A DNA stretch of 64,000 nt from Candidatus Aminicenantes bacterium (GTDB lineage Bacteria; Acidobacteriota; Aminicenantia; Aminicenantales; CAVYOD01), in the NCBI GenBank assembly GCA_963701305.1, contig OY969586.1, positions 345,360-409,359 on the forward strand, read 5' to 3'. Position numbers and translations under genes: made by a program. The notes beneath the pieces were generated by a model, which saw only the letters and a program-made list of their open reading frames with translations, ran no database searches and was not told the DNA's origin. The number at the start of each line of letters is the position of its first letter. The first letter of the stretch is position 1. Below are positions 28,549 through 37,291 of this stretch, in pieces.

Positions 28549-29025
28549 ATGAGTGACCGTTGGCTTTCCGTCGAAGATACAGCCGAGTATCTGGGGATCG
28601 CCCGCCACACGGTGTATAAGTGGGTCGGACGCTTAGGATTGCCCAGCCACAAAATCGGACGGCTGTTGAAGTTCAGCAAATCGGAAATCGATGATTGGGT
28701 AAGAGGACATGTCCTCAAAATGACAAAGGCAAAGACCTCTGAACGTCTTCTCCAACTCTTGAGACGTTCTTCCCCGGAGATTCGTAAATTTGGAGTCAAA
28801 CGCATCGGCCTCTTCGGCTCCTGCGTGAGGGGAGAAGCCGGCCGCGGAAGCGACATTGACGTGCTCGTGGAGTTTAACCTGCCGAGTTTTGATAACTACA
28901 TGGAGCTCAAGTTCTTTCTGGAACACTTGTTCGACCATGAGGTCGACCTTGTCCTGGCCGAATCCGTCAAAGAACAAATCAAGCCTGCCGTGATGGGCGA
29001 GGTAGTCTATGCCGAGGGATTCTAA
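28549..29025 (+). CDS. Excisionase-like HTH fused to a minimal nucleotidyltransferase (MNT) antitoxin
   Basis: WLSVEDTAEYLGI..TVYKW...KIGRL.KF..SEIDDW followed by FGSCVRGEAGRGSDIDV (GSx10DxD). Confidence 0.85.
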   Translation: MSDRWLSVEDTAEYLGIARHTVYKWVGRLGLPSHKIGRLLKFSKSEIDDWVRGHVLKMTKAKTSERLLQLLRRSSPEIRKFGVKRIGLFGSCVRGEAGRGSDIDVLVEFNLPSFDNYMELKFFLEHLFDHEVDLVLAESVKEQIKPAVMGEVVYAEGF

Positions 29026-29347
29026 GCTTTATCTCAGAGATCTCATCGAGGCTTCGGAACGAATCCTGGAGTACACAAAGAATATGAGCCTCGCTGATTT
29101 CGAACGCAGCCGGATCACGATCGATGCGGTTGTCCACAATCTTGAAGTGATCGGCGAGGCAGCCCGCAAGCTGCCTCCGGAAATCAAGGCCCGGTCGTCC
29201 GAGATTGAATGGCCGAAGATCGTAGCCCTGCGGAATATTCTCGCCCACGAGTATTGTGGGGTGAACACACGGATCGTCTGGGACGTCGTGCAGCACAAGC
29301 TCGGGCCTATTCGCAAGGCCTGCCGAAAACTCCTCGAAAGCGTTTGA
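29009..29347 (+). CDS. HEPN/DUF86 ribonuclease toxin (HepT-like)
   Basis: LEVIGEAA and RNILAHEY (Rx4HxY); overlaps the MNT gene. Confidence 0.9.
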   Translation: MPRDSKLYLRDLIEASERILEYTKNMSLADFERSRITIDAVVHNLEVIGEAARKLPPEIKARSSEIEWPKIVALRNILAHEYCGVNTRIVWDVVQHKLGPIRKACRKLLESV

Positions 29348-29365
29348 TTAAATTCATGAGAGAGG

Positions 29366-29854
29366 ATGAATATGACCGAAGAAAAAAAGAAAAAACTGTC
29401 GATGATTGTTTTTAGCGGCGACATGGACAAACTCTTTGCCGCATTCACTCTCGCCACGGGCGCCGCAGCCGGGGGAATGGACGTCGTGATGTTCTTCACC
29501 TTCTGGGGCCTGCGGGCGCTCAAGAAAAAAGTGCCGACCGGGAAGAGCCTTTTCGGGAGACTGCTCGGCTTGATGTACGGAGGCGACATCAACCGGGCCA
29601 CGCCGAGCAAGATGAGCTTTGGCGGGATCGGCCGCTGGATGTTCAAGAAGATGATGAAGGCCAAGAAGGTCCCTTCCCTGCCCGAGCTTCGTCAGACGGC
29701 CGTCGAACTCGGAGTCAAGCTCTACGGCTGCCAGATGTCCATGGAGGTCATGGAGATACCGCGGGAAAAAATGCTCGACGAGGTCCAGGCTTGCGTCGGT
29801 GTCGCTTATTTCATCGAACAGGCCCAGCAGTCGGACGTCACTCTCTTTGTTTAG
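29366..29854 (+). CDS. DsrE/DrsH-like family protein
   Basis: FSGDMDK, FFTFWGL, YGCQMSM. Confidence 0.88.
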   Translation: MNMTEEKKKKLSMIVFSGDMDKLFAAFTLATGAAAGGMDVVMFFTFWGLRALKKKVPTGKSLFGRLLGLMYGGDINRATPSKMSFGGIGRWMFKKMMKAKKVPSLPELRQTAVELGVKLYGCQMSMEVMEIPREKMLDEVQACVGVAYFIEQAQQSDVTLFV

Positions 29855-29881
29855 CGATTGGGGGCTCTTTTTTGGAGAGGT

Positions 29882-30262
29882 TTATTCCTCCAGAACTTTC
29901 GTCGCCGTCTCGATGTCCGAAACATCCAGGAGGATCGATGTCGCATTTCCCTTGTGGCACAGCGTGCCGTAACAGTATTCGATGTTGATTCCGTTGTCGC
30001 CGAGCTTGGAAGTTACCTCGGCTAGCGCTCCCGGTCTGTTCTCAAGGTCGACCTTGAGGACGTCCCTGAGCTCGGTCGTATAATTCAATTTGGACAGGAG
30101 CTTCACCGCCTTATTGACGTTCAAAACATAAAGCTTGGCCGTGTCCTGAAAAACCCCGATGGCCTCGATGTTGATTCCGTTTTCGGCCAGATAACTGCAC
30201 ATCTCGCCGAGTTTCGATGGTTTGTTTTCCAGGATGACAAAAATCTCGGTTATCCTTTCCAT
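29882..30262 (-). CDS. Tandem ACT domain protein
   Basis: Two ENKP/ENRPG.L...L..NGINIE repeats. Confidence 0.88.
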   Translation of the reverse strand: MERITEIFVILENKPSKLGEMCSYLAENGINIEAIGVFQDTAKLYVLNVNKAVKLLSKLNYTTELRDVLKVDLENRPGALAEVTSKLGDNGINIEYCYGTLCHKGNATSILLDVSDIETATKVLEE

Positions 30263-30398
30263 ACTAACCCCCATATTGGATTGTTGGATTGAAGAGACAA
30301 TTTTTTGGATGAGCCGTTTTTCCCTCTAAGCAAGGCCATTCTAACACGAAAAAAAATTCCAAGCAAAACCGGTTCGCTCCAAGCCGGCAGTGTTCTTC

Positions 30399-31415
30399 TT
30401 ATTTGATGTTTCTGACCGCCTCTCGAAACTGCCTGGCCACGGCGAGCTCTTTTTCCCTGAGACTGTAGTTTACTGGGGGCCCTCCTTCGTAATCATGCTT
30501 GTACCACAGGATGGTTTTGCCCAACCACGTTTCAAAGGGAGTCGAAGAGTAACCAAGGATTCTTCTGGCCCTGTCCACCGACAGAATGAACGGCCGGCGT
30601 TTTGAGTAGGGAGAAAAATCCGTTCCCAGGATCGTCCTCTCCAGGACATCGGTCGGGATGTCCACCAGGTCCACCTTTTTCTTGATGATTCTGGCGGCCT
30701 GCAGAACAAATCCCCTCACCGTCAGGATTTCCTCTTGGGCCAGGTTGAAGGCTTGGCCGAAGGAGGCCCTCTTGAGAAGGTTCGACGAAATGGTCCGGAC
30801 GATATCATCCTGGTAGATATGAGTGAAAGCATTTAAGCCGCCATCGGGAAGGATGAGCGGGCTCCCGTCCTCGATCCGGACGAAGTAAGAATAAGCCCGG
30901 AGCGTATAATCTCTCTCCCCGATAACGATCGGGAGGCGAAGGATCATCACCGGAAAGCCCGATTTCTGGTGGGCTTCGTTGAGCACCTCTTCACACTTTC
31001 TTTTGTTATAGCCATAGAGCCAATCCTCATCGTGCTCTTTGGATTGGGAAAGGAGCTCACGTTCGAAGTCCTCTTCACGGATGGGGCAGGGAAATTCCTT
31101 GGTCACGCCGTAGACCGCGCCGGTGCTGATGTGGACGAACTGGCCGATCCTCCCCTGGAAGGCGCGCACGGCGGCCCGACTGTCCTCCGCTTTGTAAGCC
31201 AACATATCGATAACCACGTCGAACGACTTGCCCGTGAGCTCCCGGCAAAAGCCCTCATAATCATGGCGGTCGCCTTTGATTCGTTTGACCCTGTCGCCGA
31301 AGTCATCAGGCGAGATTCCCCGATTGAAGAGGGTCAGGTCATGCCCGTCGGCCAGAAGCTTCCGCGTCAAGTGATAGCCCATAAAACGGCTGCCACCAAT
31401 AACTAAGATCTTCAT
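30399..31415 (-). CDS. NAD-dependent epimerase/dehydratase family protein
   Basis: IGGSRFMG, LFNRG, YGYNK (YxxxK). Confidence 0.88.
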   Translation of the reverse strand: MKILVIGGSRFMGYHLTRKLLADGHDLTLFNRGISPDDFGDRVKRIKGDRHDYEGFCRELTGKSFDVVIDMLAYKAEDSRAAVRAFQGRIGQFVHISTGAVYGVTKEFPCPIREEDFERELLSQSKEHDEDWLYGYNKRKCEEVLNEAHQKSGFPVMILRLPIVIGERDYTLRAYSYFVRIEDGSPLILPDGGLNAFTHIYQDDIVRTISSNLLKRASFGQAFNLAQEEILTVRGFVLQAARIIKKKVDLVDIPTDVLERTILGTDFSPYSKRRPFILSVDRARRILGYSSTPFETWLGKTILWYKHDYEGGPPVNYSLREKELAVARQFREAVRNIK

Positions 31416-31468
31416 GCACGATCCCCCTCTGAAGCTCGCTCAGTTCTCCTCTTCATGTATTGCCTGAA

Positions 31469-31601
31469 TTGTAAGTGGTAAGGGGCAAGGAGCAAGCGGT
31501 AAGCAGTAAACAGCAAGGGTACAAATAAGCTCGAAATTTAAGATTCTGGACATTAGTGATTGTTTACCGCTTACCATTTACTATTTACTATTCACTGTTC
31601 T
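31469..31601. repeat. Inverted pair of 7-mer tandem arrays
   Basis: Seven units such as TGGTAAG/CGGTAAG/CAGTAAA (31469-31517) and six complementary units such as CCGCTTA/CCATTTA/CTATTTA (31560-31601). Confidence 0.85.
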
Positions 31602-33019
31602 CAATCGAATATTTTTCCCGGGTTCAGAATGTTATCGGGATCAAACACTTTTTTGATTCCCCTCATCAGGTCGATCTGAGTTTTGTCCAGGACGTATGAG
31701 AGATACGGCTTCCTGACCAGGCCGATGCCGTGCTCCCCGGAGACGACCCCTCCCCGTCCGCGGCAATCCTCGTAGAGTTCTTCCCGCACCTTATCGAACT
31801 TTGGCCTCCATTCTTCTTCTTCAAGGGGAATCATTTTCCCCTCCTCCAGGCGGGCCTTCATGATGTGAGTGTGGACGTTCCCATCCGCCGCGTGGCCAAA
31901 GGTGGGAAGCCAAATCCCATATTTCCGGGAGACTTCCTGGACCTTCTTCACGTGCCGCGCGATCTCAGCCCGGGGGACGGCGATATCCAGGATTTCGATG
32001 GTCTGGGCTTTGATCGCCTCGTAGATCTTGCTCCGAATCTCGAGCACCTCCTCCTGCCGCTTTTGAGTCTCGGCGATGAAGATATCGATCGCTCCCTTCT
32101 CCAGACAGACCTCGGCGACGACCTGGCAGAGCCGATCCATCTCCTCTTCGCTCGGAGCGTCGAGGATGATGAGGAGATGAGTTTTTCCCTCGCGGCAGGG
32201 CCATCGTTTCTTCAGAAGGGCCTCGGCGATCGCCAGGATGTCCCGTTCCACGAATTCCACGGCCATGGGAAGGATCTTTCTTTTAATGAGAAGCGGAACC
32301 GTCTCGATCGCGGAGTCGAGGTCGGCAAAGGGAATAACCAAGGATCTCGTCAGGACGAATGCCGGAAGGAGTTGAATCACAGCCCGAGTGATGACACCGA
32401 GGGTCCCCTCGGAGCCGATGAAAAGCTGGAGCAGGTTGTAGCCGGTGCTGCTCTTCATCAGCTTCCCGCCCAGATGAATAACCTGTCCCTGGGGCATGAC
32501 GATTTCCAGCCCCCGAACGTAATTCCTGATGACCCCGTATTTGACCGCCCGGCTTCCGCCGGCGTTGGTGGCGATGAGTCCCCCGATCATGGCACTCTCT
32601 TCCCCGGGATGGGGAGGAAAGCTCAAACCCGCGGCTTCGACATTCTTAATGAATTCCCTCAGGGTCACGCCGGCCTCGACCACGGCCATCTGGTTGTCGG
32701 GGTCGACCTCGATAACTCTGTTCATTTTTTCCAAAGAGAGGACGATCCCGCCTCGCACGGGAACGCAGCCGCCGCAGAGCCCGGTCGCCCCGCCGCGCGG
32801 CGTAACCGGGATGAGTTCTCGCGAGGCCAGCTTCAGGACCAACGAGACCTCCTCGGTATTTTTCGGCTTGACCACGACGTCCGGCATGTGGCCGATCTCG
32901 CGGAGGGAAAACTCGTCGTGGCTGTAGTCGAGCATCCGCTCGGGGTCAGTGATGAGATTCTCCGGTCCGACGATTCTTGATAGCTCTTCACAGGTTTCCG
33001 AGGTTATCGTCTTGTACAT
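31601..33019 (-). CDS. FAD-linked oxidase (GlcD/D-lactate dehydrogenase family)
   Basis: PRGGATGL, ATNAGG, GSEGTLG, GHAADGNVH, SGEHGIG, LNPGK. Confidence 0.93.
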   Translation of the reverse strand: MYKTITSETCEELSRIVGPENLITDPERMLDYSHDEFSLREIGHMPDVVVKPKNTEEVSLVLKLASRELIPVTPRGGATGLCGGCVPVRGGIVLSLEKMNRVIEVDPDNQMAVVEAGVTLREFIKNVEAAGLSFPPHPGEESAMIGGLIATNAGGSRAVKYGVIRNYVRGLEIVMPQGQVIHLGGKLMKSSTGYNLLQLFIGSEGTLGVITRAVIQLLPAFVLTRSLVIPFADLDSAIETVPLLIKRKILPMAVEFVERDILAIAEALLKKRWPCREGKTHLLIILDAPSEEEMDRLCQVVAEVCLEKGAIDIFIAETQKRQEEVLEIRSKIYEAIKAQTIEILDIAVPRAEIARHVKKVQEVSRKYGIWLPTFGHAADGNVHTHIMKARLEEGKMIPLEEEEWRPKFDKVREELYEDCRGRGGVVSGEHGIGLVRKPYLSYVLDKTQIDLMRGIKKVFDPDNILNPGKIFD

Positions 33020-33069
33020 TGCCCAGTCCCTTTCTTTGAGCTTAAGCCATTGAACGGCTCTTTGCTTTG

Positions 33070-33350
33070 CTGCTCACAGCTCACCGCTCACAGTTCTTGG
33101 GATATAAGAGATATATAAACCAGCAAGCATTTATTTTCAAACAAAATTCGTCTGTCTCGTCATCTCGTGCCCCGGAAAAAATCGTGAGCGGTGAGCACTG
33201 AGCAGTGAGATCCAGTGCTTCTTTACTATGCTGTGTGAAGCGATTGTCAGCACTGCCCCGACACCCATTTTTGCTCAAACATATTCTGCGATATAATTTT
33301 AATAACCCGATGATTTTACAGCTCACAGCTCACGGCTCGCTGATCACTGG
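33070..33350. repeat. Three 7-mer arrays in alternating orientation with an embedded 8-mer array
   Basis: CTGCTCA CAGCTCA CCGCTCA (33070-33090); GTGAGCG GTGAGCA CTGAGCA GTGAGAT (33184-33211); CAGCTCA CAGCTCA CGGCTCG CTGATCA (33319-33346); 8-mer array at 33151-33168. Confidence 0.8.
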
Positions 33351-33356
33351 CCTTTT

Positions 33357-33385
33357 TTGACTTGCCCATAGACCCATGCTAGAAT
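33357..33385 (+). promoter_or_regulatory. sigma70 promoter for the M16 peptidase pair
   Basis: TTGACT-17 bp-TAGAAT. Confidence 0.65.
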
Positions 33386-33451
33386 CACGCCCGGTGGAGT
33401 CGGGAACCGAGGCAGGCGGCGAATCCAAAATCTCCCGGGAGGTTAAAACCG

Positions 33452-34957
33452 ATGTCCGAAAAAAGGCTTATTCTCTTCAAGTCCGTGTCTTGTGCGTTTT
33501 CCCTCATTCTCATCAGTTTTCTGGCCAAGGCCCAGAGCTTTGAGGCCATAAAAGCCAAAGTCAAGGTCCATAGCCTTGCCAACGGCATGAAGTTCATCGT
33601 CCTCGAGCGTCACGAGGCTCCGGTCGCCGCCTTTCATGTTTACGCGGATGTGGGGAGCGCCGATGAGTCTTATGGCATCACCGGCATTTCCCACATTCTC
33701 GAGCACATGGCTTTCAAGGGGACAACAACCGTCGGCACCAAAGATTACTCTGCCGAGTCCAAGGTCCTGGACGAGATCGACTCCGTCTATGATGAGATGA
33801 AAAGAGAAGAGGGCAAGCCCCAGCCCGATTCGGCAAGAGTCGCCGAGCTCAAGACTAAATTCGAGGACCTGCAGAAAAAGGCCAAAGAATACGTTGTGAA
33901 TAATGAGTATTTCGACATGATGATGCGACAGGGTGATCGGGGAGTCAATGCCTACACGAACACGGATGCCACCCAATATATCAACAGCCTCCCCGCCAAT
34001 AAGCTTGAATTCTGGATGGCCATGACCTCCGACCGATTCCTGAATCCCGTTTTCCGCGAATTCTTCAAGGAGAGGGACGTGATCATGGAAGAGAGACGGT
34101 TAGGTCTGGAAACCAGGCCCCAGGGAAAACTCATGGAGGATTTCACGGCCGTCGCCTTCAAGGCTCACCCGTATCATCACGAAGTCGTCGGCCATATGTC
34201 GGATATCCAGTCGATCACCCGTCGCGATGTCGAAGAGTATTTCAAGAAATTCTACGGGCCGTCCAACTTGACCGTCGGCATCGTCGGCGATGTCATGCCT
34301 GAGGAAGTCTTCAAACTGGCCGAAGAATATTTCGCCCGCATTCCGAGCGGTCCGAAACCGGCGCCGGTGCGGACCGTGGAACCAGAGCAGTGGGGAGAAA
34401 GACGGGTGACCGTCGCCGCCCAAGCCCAGCCCATGGTCCTGGTGGGTTTTCACGTCCCAGACGCGCGGCACAAGGACAGCCCGCCTTGCGAAGCCCTGGC
34501 CAACATCCTGGCTCAGGGACGTTCCTCCCGCCTTTACCAGGTCTTGGTCAAAGACAAGAAGGCCGCCGTCGCCGCCCAGGGCTCCTACGGTTTTCCCGGC
34601 GATAAGTACCCGAATCTTGTCGCCTTCATTTTGGTCCCCGCCGCAGGCCGCAGCAGCGCCGAATGCCTGGATCTTTTTGAACAAGAGCTGGAAAAAATCA
34701 AGAAGGACTCGGTCAGCGAGGAGGAGCTTCAGAAATACAAGAGGAGCTCCATCAAGGGAATCCTCAATCAAATGAAGTCCAACTCGACGATGGCCGCCCA
34801 ACTGACCTACGCTGATGTGGTCTTGGGAGACTGGCAGAAGATCTTTGACCAGGTGAAAGAGATCAACGCCGTGACCGCGGACGACGTCAAGCGCGTCGCC
34901 TCCGCATACCTGATCAAGACAAACAGGACGATCGGCGAAATTGTCCTGGGGAAGTAA
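33452..34957 (+). CDS. M16 (pitrilysin-family) peptidase, catalytic subunit
   Basis: Signal peptide; SHILEHMAFKG (HxxEH), NAYT, EERR. Confidence 0.93.
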   Translation: MSEKRLILFKSVSCAFSLILISFLAKAQSFEAIKAKVKVHSLANGMKFIVLERHEAPVAAFHVYADVGSADESYGITGISHILEHMAFKGTTTVGTKDYSAESKVLDEIDSVYDEMKREEGKPQPDSARVAELKTKFEDLQKKAKEYVVNNEYFDMMMRQGDRGVNAYTNTDATQYINSLPANKLEFWMAMTSDRFLNPVFREFFKERDVIMEERRLGLETRPQGKLMEDFTAVAFKAHPYHHEVVGHMSDIQSITRRDVEEYFKKFYGPSNLTVGIVGDVMPEEVFKLAEEYFARIPSGPKPAPVRTVEPEQWGERRVTVAAQAQPMVLVGFHVPDARHKDSPPCEALANILAQGRSSRLYQVLVKDKKAAVAAQGSYGFPGDKYPNLVAFILVPAAGRSSAECLDLFEQELEKIKKDSVSEEELQKYKRSSIKGILNQMKSNSTMAAQLTYADVVLGDWQKIFDQVKEINAVTADDVKRVASAYLIKTNRTIGEIVLGK

Positions 34958-34978
34958 GACGCGGAGAAGGAGAAGCCA

Positions 34979-36415
34979 ATGAAAAAGCAAAGAAGGTCAT
35001 TCCGAATTTGGCTGGTCCTGGCGGTTGTCATCCTCGCTTCAGGTCTGACCTTGTGGGCCCAAAGAAATCCCAAAGACAAGTTCAGCTTCGGACCCTTGAA
35101 CCCGATCAAGATGCCCAAGGTGGAGCGGGTCGAGCTCGGGAACGGGCTCAAGCTCTTTCTGGTCGAAGATCACGAATATCCGACGGTCGACCTGCGGGCC
35201 ATGGTTAGGGTCGGATCGGTTTTTGAGCCCGCCGGAAAAACGGGATTGGCTTCGATCGCCGGGCAGGTGCTCAGGACCGGAGGGACGACCGCGAAAAAAG
35301 GTGATGAGATCGACAAAGAGCTGGAGACTCTCGCCGCTTCCGTTGAAACAGGCATAGGACAGTCTTCCGGCACCCTCTCGGTCTCCGTCCTAAGAGAAGA
35401 TATCGACCGGGCCCTCGGCATCCTCGCCGACCTTCTCATGAATCCGGCTTTTCCCGAGGACAAGATCGCCCTGGCCAAGATTCAGGCCAGGACCATGATC
35501 GTCCGCCGGAACGACGACATCGGGGGAATCGCCTTCCGGGAGTTCAGCAAGATCGTCTATGGCCGTTCCAGCCCCTACGCGAGCCAAACCGAATATGCCA
35601 CGATCGACGCCATCACTCGGGACGACATCGTGAACTTCTACAAGACCTATTTTTATCCCAACAACACGCTTCTCACCGTCTGGGGCGACTTCAAGAGCGC
35701 GGAGATGGTCAACAAGCTCAAGTCCACGCTCGGCAGGTGGCAGAAGGGAAAAGCCTCAACAGAACCCTGGCCGGCGGTGGCATATGAGGATAAGTCCACA
35801 GTCAATTTCGTCGACAAACCGGATGTCAACCAATCCAACATCATACTCGGCCACATCGGGGGGACGATGGACAACCCCGACTTTCCGGCCCTGAATGTCA
35901 TGAACAGCATCCTCTCGTTCGACCGGATGTTCAAGAAGATCAGGACCGACGAGGGGCTGGCCTACAGCGTTTGGGGAAGCTACGGCGCAGGGTACAGAGC
36001 CCCAGGTGTTTTCAGCTGCGGCGCTCAGACAAAGTCTCAATCCACGATCTATGCCATCGAGCTCATGCTCAAAGAACTCCGGCGCATGACCGAATCGGAA
36101 GTCACTGATGAGGAACTCGGCAAAGCCAAAGATGAATACCTGAACTCTTATGTCTTCAACTTCGACAGTCGCGCCAAGATCGTCAACGGCCTCATGACCT
36201 ACGCCTATTTCGGCTATCCACTGGATTTCACCGAGAAGTTGAAGGCGGGCGTTGAAAAAGTCACTAAGGCCGATATCTTGCGAGTCGCTAAAAAGTATCT
36301 CCACCCGGATAAGGTCCAGATTCTGGTCGTGGGCAGAAAAGAGGATTTTGACAAGCCCCTTTCGACGCTCGGTCCGGTGAATGTGATCGACATCAAGATC
36401 CCCCCGGCAAAGTAA
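34979..36415 (+). CDS. M16 peptidase, non-catalytic subunit
   Basis: Signal peptide; M16 fold lacking HxxEH; IRTDEGLAY (R/Y pair). Confidence 0.9.
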   Translation: MKKQRRSFRIWLVLAVVILASGLTLWAQRNPKDKFSFGPLNPIKMPKVERVELGNGLKLFLVEDHEYPTVDLRAMVRVGSVFEPAGKTGLASIAGQVLRTGGTTAKKGDEIDKELETLAASVETGIGQSSGTLSVSVLREDIDRALGILADLLMNPAFPEDKIALAKIQARTMIVRRNDDIGGIAFREFSKIVYGRSSPYASQTEYATIDAITRDDIVNFYKTYFYPNNTLLTVWGDFKSAEMVNKLKSTLGRWQKGKASTEPWPAVAYEDKSTVNFVDKPDVNQSNIILGHIGGTMDNPDFPALNVMNSILSFDRMFKKIRTDEGLAYSVWGSYGAGYRAPGVFSCGAQTKSQSTIYAIELMLKELRRMTESEVTDEELGKAKDEYLNSYVFNFDSRAKIVNGLMTYAYFGYPLDFTEKLKAGVEKVTKADILRVAKKYLHPDKVQILVVGRKEDFDKPLSTLGPVNVIDIKIPPAK

Positions 36416-36430
36416 ACTGGGGGACGTTCC

Positions 36431-37267
36431 CTATTTGACTTTGATCTGGTGAGGCGAGAAGAGCCTCATTTCGGTGCGGCCCCGGAAGTCTCCTATAAAT
36501 CCGGTCACGACGAGAGTTTTGTTCAAGAAAGACCGAAGGTCCGGAAAAAGTGCACACTTTTCCTTGGGGACAAGGACTTGGAATTCGCCGGCCGCGGAAA
36601 GAAGAAGAGAAAACCGCGTCCCTGTCTGGATTGAAGAACAAAGAAACTCCACGGCTGCGATTTTGCCCAAAGTTTCCCTGGCGCCCCATGCCGAAACGAC
36701 CGGATAGCCCCCCTGATGCCAGAGGCCGACGCCTTTGACCCTGGCCAAGGATTCGGCGGCCTTGAATCGGTCCTGGTAATCCTTGCGATAGGGGAACTTG
36801 AGATAGGCAAAGGCAAAGCCCTCGTTGACGATGAATTCGTTAAACAACTTTTGATCGTCTGCCCAAACATAAGCCAGGGTCCGGCCGTAACTGTCTTTGG
36901 GTTCCCAATCGTAAGTCAGCCGGACTTCGCGGCCAAAAAGTTGGTAAAAAGCAAACTCCTTGGCCATCTGGGCCAGGAATTGAACCTCTTCCCGCGGATC
37001 ATCGAGCTCGGGAGAATCGATCCCGATGAGACGGACTTTGATTTCCCCGCCATTCGTGAGTTTCACCTTGATCGTATCGCCGTCATAGACGGCGGTGACC
37101 CGCCCCGAGTCGAAATTTGTATTTTGGACAGCCGGCAGGAACCCAACCAATGACTGGAAAATTGCCAACAGGATAGTTGTTCTTTTCCAATTCGGGCAAC
37201 TCAAGTTAAAAAGAACTTCTTTATTGAAACGGGGAGCCTCCGCATTTTTCGGTCTGCTATGAGCCAT
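36431..37267 (-). CDS. Thermonuclease (SNase-family) with C-terminal extension (start uncertain)
   Basis: VYDGDT, VRLIGIDSPE, DSYGRTLAYV, GLW. Confidence 0.88.
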   Translation of the reverse strand: MAHSRPKNAEAPRFNKEVLFNLSCPNWKRTTILLAIFQSLVGFLPAVQNTNFDSGRVTAVYDGDTIKVKLTNGGEIKVRLIGIDSPELDDPREEVQFLAQMAKEFAFYQLFGREVRLTYDWEPKDSYGRTLAYVWADDQKLFNEFIVNEGFAFAYLKFPYRKDYQDRFKAAESLARVKGVGLWHQGGYPVVSAWGARETLGKIAAVEFLCSSIQTGTRFSLLLSAAGEFQVLVPKEKCALFPDLRSFLNKTLVVTGFIGDFRGRTEMRLFSPHQIKVK

Positions 37268-37291
37268 GAGCTGATTGCCGACCAGCTGATG

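Noticed and set aside
33095-33180. Possible four-helix-bundle gene remnant (MLAGL-like) between 7-mer arrays, with a similar hint at 3810-3840
   Set aside because: The match is only a few residues and is broken by stops or frameshifts.
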